DNA of 64,000 nucleotides, taken from contig OZ024757.1 of the NCBI GenBank assembly GCA_964016885.1, forward strand, positions 5,642,001 to 5,706,000, written 5' to 3'. The position numbers were made by a program, and so were the translations under genes. This DNA is from Eledone cirrhosa. Its lineage: Eukaryota. The notes under the pieces are model-generated. The model did not search any database and was not told where the DNA came from. It saw only the letters and a program-made list of their open reading frames with translations. Position 1 is the first letter of the stretch, and each line of letters starts with the position of its first letter. This document shows, in pieces, positions 53,321-64,000 of the stretch.

Positions 53321-55600
53321 GGATGCCCTTCCTAACACCAACCACATTTACAGTGTGGGGCTGGGAGGTTTTTACTGTGTTGCCTACACAGTCACATTAC
53401 AGCATGGACTGTGTGTTTTTTTGTCGTGATACCTACATGACCTCATTTGTTTCGGCCTGGATGTTGTGGTACCAACATAAATTTACATTGAAAGGGGCGG
53501 TGTGGACGGGGTGGGGGTGGGGGGACTGGGGTGTATTTTGTTAGAGATGCCTACTGACTGTAGTAGGTTTTACTTTGTATTTAGGTAAGGCGGGTCTTCT
53601 CTATTACTGAGTACCGCCAAAGGTCTCGGTCCAGTGACATTGTCTTGGTGAGGTGTAAGTGTGTGAGGTCGGAATTTATCAGCTCGTCCCAGGTCTTTCT
53701 GGGTCTGCCTATTCCGTGGCTACCGTCTATCTTTAATGCCCTGCACTTTGTTATACAGCTATCGTCTTTCATGCGCATCACGTGACCATACCAACGTAGC
53801 CTTCTCTCGAGTAAACAACATCTGATCCCTCTTATTTCTAATTTTTTCCTTAGTTCGTTTATGCTTTGCCGTTCACGTATATTACTATTACACATCCAGC
53901 GGAGCATGCAAGCTTCGTTCCTCTCTAGTCACGTATATCCTCTGCACACAATGCCCAGGTCTCACTGCCATGCAACATTGCTGTTCGTATGCAGGCATCA
54001 TACAACCTGCCTTTCATTTTTAGGGAGAACCCTTTAGCGGCTAATAGTGGTATAAGCTCTCTGAACTTTTTCCATCCAGTTCTGACTCTAGCTGCTGTAC
54101 TTTCAGAGTACCCTCCCCCACTGCTGATTTTGTCACCCAGGTAACAGAAGCTGTCCACTATTTCTATCGAACCCTCTGCGCAGTTGAAAGAGCTAGTATT
54201 TTGTGGACACTTGCTGCTACTTATTGCACCAGAGCACCGGCCACATGTAAAATCTATGTTCTTAGTTAGCTTACCACTACATCTTTTATGCACCCATACT
54301 TTGCATTTGGGACACAAAATGGAGTTTCTACCTACGCCTTTCCTACACACTGAGAATGGCCACTTCCCGGAAGGGACCGCCACCTTATTTTCTTTCTTAC
54401 AAACTAGAACTTTAGTCTTAGCCAGGTTAATTTTAAGGCCTTTTGATTCTAGGCCGTGCTTCCATGTTTGGAATTTCTTCTCTAGCTCGGCCATTGATTC
54501 AGCTATGAGTGTTAGGTCATCTGCGTATAGGAGTTCCCATGGGCAACCGGTCTTGAACTCCTCTGTTATAGCCTGAAGGGCAATAATAAATAGTAGGGGG
54601 CTGAGAACAGAGCCCTGATGGACGCCAACTTTTACACTAAACTCTTCACTATATTCCTTGTTAATTCTAACCTTGCTGACTGTTTCTTTATACATGGCTT
54701 GTATAGCTCTCACAAGCCATTCATCAACACCTAGTTTTCTAAGAGCCCACCAGATAATGGAACGGGGGACTCTGTCGAAGGCTTTCTCCAAGTCGACAAA
54801 AGCTAAGTATAGGGGTTTACTTTTAGCTAGGTACTTCTTCTGTAGTTGTCGTACAATGAAAAGAGCGTCTGTGGTACTTTTGCCTGACACAAACCCGAAC
54901 TGCATTTCATCTAGATCAATTCTCTCTCTGATTAGTTGCGCTATTACTTTTTCCGTGACCTTCATGACCTGGTCGATTAATTTAATGACTCTATAGTTAC
55001 TCCTATCTAGGGCATCTCCTTTACCCTTATAACAGTTAACGATGCTGCTGCTACGCCAGTCCTTCGGAACAACCCCATTCTGTACGACTTGGTTAACTAT
55101 CCAGGTGACCATGGTGTGTTCCACCGTACCAGATGCCTTCAGCATCTCGGCAACTATTTCCGAAGGCCCAGCCGCCTTACCCGTCTTCATATCTTTGATT
55201 GCCTTACTTATTATACTACCCTCGACTAACACTGCTGGTCCCTCTATTGGGTCGATGTGGGGGAGACTGTCTTTCTCCCATTTATTCTCCTCATTTAGTA
55301 GCCTTTCGTAGTGACACTTCCAAGCTACCTTTTTATCAGTGTTGGTGATGGCAAGTACGCCGTCATCATTAAGTACACACTTCTCCCCGACAATATCACG
55401 GTTTTCCCTGACACATTGCCTCGCAATCCTGAACACCTCACGTTTTTGGTCCTCGCGTTGTCGGACATGCTTGAACTTTCTTTCCTCTGCTTCCCTTCTT
55501 GCGAAGTACACTTGTCTCCTAGCTTCCCTCCTGGCCATTTGATAATCTTCTCTGCTTCCCCCATCCCGCCATACTTTCCAAGCCTGCTTTTTGGCCTTAA
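53321..55600 (-). mobile_element. RTE family C copy truncated at both ends, inside an AT-rich minisatellite
   Basis: ORFs 53925-55538 and 53581-53907 (RT, YADD, PHD-like); no (GAT)n tail. Confidence 0.92.
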
Positions 55601-55602
55601 TT

Positions 55603-55900
55603 GATACATATAAATACTATGTATATAGTGTACGTGCTACATATACACAAAATATACATTATATATATACATATAAATACTATGTATATAGTGTATGTGC
55701 TACATATACACAATATATACACTATATATTTACATTTAAATACTATGTATATAGAGTATGTGCTACATATACACAATATATACACTATATATAAACATAT
55801 AAATAATATGTACGGGCTACATATACACAATATATATAAATACTGCATATATAGAGTATATGCTACATATAGACAATATATAAACTATATATATACTACA
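55603..55900. repeat. AT-rich minisatellite (~64-bp unit), continued at 53230-53320
   Basis: tatagtgtatgtgctacatatacacaa...ataaatactatg units. Confidence 0.8.
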
Positions 55901-56499
55901 TACACATTATATATAATGTTGTCCAAGGGAATAGCTGAAACAACTTGGCACCAATGACATCATAGATCATCATTTAATGTCTACTTTCCCTGCTAGCAAG
56001 GGTGGGACAGGTCTTTACAAACCAGGGTGCAGTGGTAGACCACATCTCTCTTACATTTTGTCCCACATTCTACTGGGGCACCAGTACTAAAGAGGTTGTT
56101 ATGTCTTTGACACAACTGAAGGGTCCTACCAAACCCTTGTTTGGCAAGAGAAGAAAGTTGTAAAGTATTTTCAAATGTGAATTATTTCTAAAAAAAAGTC
56201 ATAATTTCAACTGTCATGAAAGTACCATCAACAAATATTAAAGTTATAAAATTGTTTATATTTACACATAAATGTGGATATTTTGTCATAAATATAAACA
56301 TAAACCAGTTAGTGTTTGTAAAATAACACATATAAACACATCAATCTTGTTTGTTTTTCTTATATTTATGGAGTCATAGGGGTGTCACTGTGGACATTTG
56401 AAACTTGGTGGAGCCCTTCACTCACCAGGTTAGAACAGGTGATTTCTTCCAGAGAAGGAGAGAGAGGAAGTGAGAAAGAAATATAGAGAGGAAGAACAG

Positions 56500-56830
56500 A
56501 CCCCTGTGGTAGACAGGTACTTTTTTGTTATCAACCTTGAATGGATGAAAGGCAAAGTTGACCGTAGCAGAATTTAAACTCAGAGAGCAGAGAACCAGAA
56601 CAAATATGGCAGAAAGCATTCCATCCATTGTTTTATAGACTTTAAATAAATGTTTCTACTTTTAACTCAACCCCAGTGCATTACTGGTACTTTATTTTAC
56701 TGAACCTCTGAGGAAGAAGAGTAAAGCTAACCTCAGCAGGATTTTAATACAGAACGTAAAGGGATGTAACTATATGACACAAAGTATATCGTCTGACACT
56801 CTACTGATTCTGCCAATCCACCACCATCAC
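56500..56830 (-). mobile_element. Two decayed tRNA-derived SINEs with Meta/MESC-like core
   Basis: Minus strand actttgcctttcatcc...gataa..aagtacc; related copies at 60960-61143 and 45660-45735. Confidence 0.6.
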
Positions 56831-57223
56831 CAATAAAATAAGATTGTGTCTCTATAAGAAACCTTAATGACAAATATGAAGTAGAACTTTCTACAGAGTG
56901 TATTTGTGGATTACAATACAAAACCTGAGAATAATTTCAAACATATTTCACCATAATAAATGTTCATTAATATATATTATTATTTCGTGGCATTCTTGAG
57001 ATCATTAATCCCCAGCTGAACATCCCTAGACATCTGATCTATGTAGGTCATTTTCAGTCATCTCACTAGGGTCTTACTATGTTTAGGTATCCACCACAGG
57101 AGCCAGCTCATCAATTCATTGGTAGGAATGTCTGGCATATCTTGTCCTTCGCTCCCTAGTTATTGTAGTAATCTTCAATATATGGCAGTATACTTCTTCC
57201 ATTTGATAGAGTATATATATATA

Positions 57224-57670
57224 GATGCATATGAAGGATGACAGCTGCATTAAAAGGTGCAGAGCACTAAATGTCGCTGGAAGCCATGGAGTGGGGAGAT
57301 CCAGGAAGACCCGGGATGAGGTGATAAAAGCTGACCTTGCCCAATTGTACCTCTCAAAGGCGATGACGCAGGACGGTGCCCTCTGGCATCATGCGGTAAT
57401 ACAGAAGACCCGACTTCACACGGCTACAAGCCGAAGCTGAAGCATATAGACAAATATGTCCCCATCCCCACCCACTGCAAAGTGGTCAACAAAAAAGCAC
57501 CCAGCCCCCAGAGTTAAGTGGCTGTGTAGGCACCATGGTAAAAAAAGCACCTAGCACACACAGTAAATGAGGTTTTGTGTTAAGAAGGACATCAAGCTGT
57601 AGAAATCAAGCCAAAATCAGTTCCCCTACGAGCAAGACGAGGTCACATGACGTAAAACGGTGATGATGAT
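57224..57670 (+). mobile_element. RTE family A 3' fragment
   Basis: MKDDSCIKRCRAL..., 3' UTR and gat tail. Confidence 0.8.
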
Positions 57671-57768
57671 AAGTATAAGATAAGGATTTTTCAAGCTTCA
57701 CATTTTATATTCTTCCTTCCAGAGTGTGTCTGTATATTTGTGTGTTTCACATTTCACAGTGATGGGGT

Positions 57769-59127
<1,359 letters not shown>

Positions 59128-59929
59128 ATTTCTAGCTAGAGATCTTTACATAAAGGATTCTCACTAATTTTACTGATACATTAAGAAATGAAGATATCGT
59201 TAATAGATGCCATGTATTCTAATATACAGAGTGTCCATAAAAGACTGCAGAAGTCTGCTTTCTTCTTCTACAAGTTGTAATGTAGCATTTAGTTGGTACA
59301 AGTAATAAGACATATGTCAGTGTAAGACTGATCTTGGATGAAGAAAAGGCAAGTGCTTATATATGTGTGTGTGTGTGATTATTGTGGAATATTCCACTAT
59401 TATTATTGTTAAGGTGAGAGAAGCTCTATTCACAATAAAATCCTCAGCTCATAAAACAGACGAATAAGACTTCTATAGTTAAGGTTCTTGTTATTGAGGA
59501 CAGTTCAGGTGACAAGAGAATTAATATCCATAATTTCAAAAGATGAAGGTTAATATATATACATATATATATGTACAGACATACAGTGTGTAGGTATGAG
59601 AGAGAAATAGACGTGTGTGTGTGTGTATAAATATGTGTGTAGGTATTTCACTTCAGATAGAAAAGTTCACAATGTTTGTGTTGTGGTGGAAAAGGAAATA
59701 ATACGTACTTTAGTTGTCAAGACCAAATATAAAGTCAAGAAAAGTTAGTAAAAACTAAATGTTCACTGATTTCTGATTAAAATAATATTTTCCTGTCCTG
59801 TAAAATGTTGAACAACCCCTTCAATATTTAATAATACAGGTGATAAAACAACAACTATAAGGTAAGTAAGTCACCTTATGTTATTTAGAAACATTAACGT
59901 CCACCTTAATATGAAATAATCACCATAAA

Positions 59930-60320
59930 AGATAAAATTAGATGAGGTTTAAGTTGTAACAATGGAGCTGATATAAATGGTAATATTTCACCGTCTAGTT
60001 GACACCGGTGTCATGACTTATAAGTCCCCCACATAATTTAATACATGCAGAAACAACTTCCGTTATATTACTTCACACCTTCAATCTATTTGTTAGTTCT
60101 TTATTCATATTTATATAAATAACATTATTAATTTTACATAGTTGTTCATATTAAAACAGAACACAATATTAAAGGTAATAAAATATTTAAGAAATGTGGA
60201 TAGAAATTGTAACGATGGAGACATTGTAGATAATTTTCCACTGTCTAGTTGACACCGGTGTCATGACTTGAAAGTCCCCTACATAATTTAATACATTCAA
60301 AAACAACTTCAGTTATATGA
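59930..60320. promoter_or_regulatory. 250-bp-period duplication carrying palindrome tgacaccggtgtca, upstream of the ZNF gene
   Basis: Copies at 60000 and 60250; related motif at 14925, 42124 and 52300; regulatory role inferred only. Confidence 0.4.
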
Positions 60321-60959
60321 ACTAACAGAAAACCACCTTCGGCCGGTTTTCTGCTAGCATGTGTAGTGTGTGTATTGATATTATACGCAAGTATATATAT
60401 ACATGTAGATATGATACATCAAATAAAATCGTAATTGACAAGATATAATACACAGAAATTGAACGAAGACTGTGTTACACTGTCTTATGTAATCAGTAAC
60501 GTAATCCATGATACATTAAAAAAGACGATATTATATATAAACTGCATTAGGAGAAAATTAGTGACAGAAAATTAATAGTTTATTGAAGTGATGGCCAACC
60601 GGAAGTGTTGACATTTCAGAAATTTTAAAGAAGTGAATCTTTAAATAAACAAAATATATTTAATCAACAGCCACGAAATTTAGTAGATAAATTGGGTAAT
60701 ATTCATTCATTATTTATTCAAAGTAATGCAACTTATTTTACTAATGGGATAAACAATTATAAACCGTACGCAGTCCCGCAGTCCATCTTTTATTATAGTT
60801 TAGATTCATACGTTCAATAGATATGCTAGTACTTTATTCAGATTTAAATAAATAACGTTATTAATGTTATATAACTGTTCATATTAAACCAAAACACATT
60901 ATTAAAGGTAATAAAATATTTAAGTAATGGAAAAAAAAACGAATCAAACAACGAAAATA

Positions 60960-61143
60960 ATTGTTTCTACTTTTGGCACAAGGCCAGTAATTATTCTAGT
61001 GTATTACTGGTACTTTATTTTATCGACCTCGTAAGGATGATAGGCAAAGTTAACCCTGGCGGGATTTGAACTCAGCTCATAAAGGGAGGTAACTCTATGC
61101 TACAAAGCATGGCGTCCGACGCTCTACCAACACTGCCAATCCA
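60960..61143 (-). mobile_element. tRNA-derived SINE with Meta/MESC-like core
   Basis: Minus strand tggcagtgttggtagagcg...gagttcaaatcccgcc...gcctatcatcc...gtcgataaaataaagtaccag. Confidence 0.7.
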
Positions 61144-61925
61144 ACGAAAATAACGGGAGAGGGACAGACTTTATATTTCAGTCTGAGCTGTGATTCAGCC
61201 CCACCCTACAGACAAAATGGTAAAGGTGGTACCACAGAGAATAGCCAGAGACACCCACTGCAACATCCACCCCACCTCATGGGACTACTTCCTCAAGGGG
61301 GCTGCTGTGTTTCTAATTTTGAGAAGGAAATCAGCAGTGTGGGGACAAAGAGGAAGTGGTTTGTCAGGCCCCAGTATTTAACTATCGTCCTCTTCTCTCT
61401 ATTGCAGGTAGTAAAGCCTGGGTTTGTGGCCGCAGTGAAAATATTGGAGGCAGAGAATGATCCAACCCATGCTAAACCTCCAACTAAAGCTGATACTTGT
61501 CTTTTTCAGCTGTGGAGATTAGAGACATGTGGAATGATGTGTCTTGCTTAAGGTCACAATGTACCTCCCTAAATGAGAATTGAAAACATGATATTACCAT
61601 ATGTTGTATGACTTCACTATACAATATATATGTGTTTGTATACATATATATAGTATATATTTGTGTGTATACATTGTCTCATTCCATGAGAGTAACTTGG
61701 TCAGCCTATGAACTCCTCATCCGACCCTTCTATATGTATATACATGTTTGTCAGTGTGTGTGTACATATGTATATAGAATAATGTCACAACTACTATATA
61801 CACCACATATACACTACATATAATATTGTCCAATATATATAGACTATATGTCATGTTGTCCAAGGGAAAGGCTGATATAGATCAGCACCAGTGACATTAC
61901 AACTATTATATACACTATATATCAA

Positions 61926-62750
61926 CATCATCATTATCATTTAATGTCTGTCTTCCACGCTAGCATGGGTTAGACAGGAGGTGTCCCACTTGAGGCAAGA
62001 TTGATCGGGTGACCGTGTCTCGCTCGTATAGGACTGTATCTGGCAGGTTTTCTACAGCTGGATGCCCTTCCTAACACCAACCACATTTCCAGTGTGGACT
62101 GGGAGCCTTTTCGTGATGACACCTATACGACCTCTTTAGTTGGACTGGATGTTGTGGTACCAACATAGCTTTACAGAGACAGGGTGGTGTTGGTGGGAGT
62201 GGGAGCATGGAGTAGGGGTTGTGGGTTGGGTGTATATTTGGTTAGGAGGGGCCTACTGACTGTAGGTTAACTTTGCACATAGGGAAGGCACGTCTTCTCT
62301 ATTACTGTGTGGTACCATAGATCTCGATCCAGTGACATTGTCTAAGAGAGTTGTAAGTGTGCAAGGTTGGATTTTATGTCGTCCCAGGTTTTTCTGGGTC
62401 TACCTACTCCATAACTTCCATCAAATTTGATCACCCTGCACTTTTTTATAAAGCTGTCATCTTTCATGCGCATCACATGACCATACCAACGTAATCTTCT
62501 CTCAAGTAAACAGCATCTGATCCCTCTTATTCCTAATTCTCAATTAGTTTGTTTATGTTTTGCCGTTCATGTATATTACAATTACACATCCAACAGAGCA
62601 TGCATGCTTCGTTCCTTTCCAATCTGCGCAGGTCCTCTGCACACAATCCCCATGTCTCACTGCCATGTAACATTGCTGTTCATATGCACGCATCATACAA
62701 CCTGCCTTTCATTTTTAGAGAAACTTTTTGTGTCCAGCAGCGGTATTAGC
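61926..62750 (-). mobile_element. RTE family C 3' fragment
   Basis: Similar to 4694-5600. Confidence 0.85.
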
Positions 62751-62759
62751 TCATTGTGA

Positions 62760-63580
62760 CATGTGAGAGAAACCATTCTCTTTGAATGTTACATTAACTA
62801 CACACAAACATATACATACAGCTGGGAAGCCATATCACTTTGATATATTTGGTAAATCTTTCTCTAAATGTTGTGGATTCACTAGACACTAACATATACA
62901 GGAGAGGAACCATATCACTGTGATGTCTGTGGTAAATGCTTCTCTAAATTCTGTGACTTTACTACACACTAATATATACAGGAGAGGAACCATATCACTG
63001 TGGTGTCTGTGGTACCTCACTCTCTAAATGTTGTGGCTTCACTACACACTAACATATACAGGAGAGGAACCATATCACTGTGATGTCTGTGGTACCTCAC
63101 TCTCTAAATGTTGTGGCTTCACTACACACTAACATATACAGGAGAGGAACCATATCACTGTGATATCTGTGGTACCTCACTCTCTAAATGTTGTGACTTT
63201 ACTACACACTAACATATACAGGAGAGGAACCATATCACTGTGATGTCTGTGGTACCTCACTCTCTAAATGTTGTGGCTTCACCACACACTAACATATACA
63301 GGAGAGGAACCATATCACTGTGGTACCTCACTCTCTAAATGTTGTGACTTCACTACACACTAACATATACAGGAGAGGAACCATATCACTATGATGTCTG
63401 TGGTACCTCACTCTCTAAATGTTGTGGCTTCACTACACACTAACATATACAGGAGAGGAACCATATCACTGTGATATCTGTGGTACCTCACTCTCTAAAT
63501 GTTGTGGCTTCACTACACACTAACATATACAGGACAGGAACCATATCACTGTGATGTCTGTGGTACCTCACTCTCTAAAA
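62760..63580 (+). repeat. Zinc-finger-derived satellite, 80-bp unit, ~9 copies (3' remnant of a ZNF paralogue)
   Basis: Period 80 (62881, 62961, 63041...); unit contains acaggagaggaaccatatcactgtgatgtctgtggt = [11 protein letters not shown]; lead-in matches the reverse complement of 25460-25550. Confidence 0.9.
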
Positions 63581-64000
63581 TTTGTTTGCTTTTAAGAAAC
63601 CACTGGTAAATGAAATAATTGCCTTATGTTGTTTATTACATAACTATTAAGCTCTGTTACCTACATAGAGCACTCTTTTTTCCTGGACTTTTCCGACGGA
63701 ATTACTTCACATATATACATATAAACGAAAAAAATGAAACGAAATTTCATTTCCCACTCTTAGTACGGCTGTAACTTAAATATAAGTATGTATACGTACA
63801 TACATATATGTATACAGACGTACAGTAGTATGTATATATACATACATGCACACATATATATATGTACGTATGGATTCACCAAACATTCATTACAATGCTC
63901 AGTGTGTTTGTAAACAAACATCCCGAATTAAGCCGTAGTGTCCAGCAACCATCGTTGCTCGTTTGTTCAACACTGACAAAGGAACGCTGTACTAGTTTCA

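Overview
AT-rich eukaryotic genomic DNA, most likely a coleoid cephalopod (Octopus-like). The evidence is [12 protein letters not shown]-type tandem C2H2 genes, RTE LINEs with (GAT)n tails, tRNA/CORE-type SINEs and abundant (TA)n. The window is part of a C2H2 zinc-finger gene cluster: one intact 22-finger gene (25629-27575, -), one 16-unit gene with a premature stop (57769-59127, -), a remnant on + reduced to an 80-bp zinc-finger-derived satellite (62760-63580), and paralogous 5'-UTR/promoter-like blocks. The rest is mostly transposons: an intact 1039-aa RTE LINE plus many truncated RTE copies of at least three families, a decayed CR1-type LINE, Penelope-like elements (PLEs) with inverted pLTRs, Merlin foldback elements, a maT (DD37D) remnant, Helitrons, a piggyBac MITE, SINEs and several satellites. 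The most notable unannotated signal is seven hammerhead-ribozyme motifs of four distinct designs, read by eye from the sequence. Most are tied to PLE termini, two designs have greatly extended or branched stem II, and two motifs lie in sense orientation inside the inferred intron of the intact zinc-finger gene. A chimeric SINE whose tail joins pieces of two different RTE families is also present. All calls are by manual reading; no database searches or folding programs were run.
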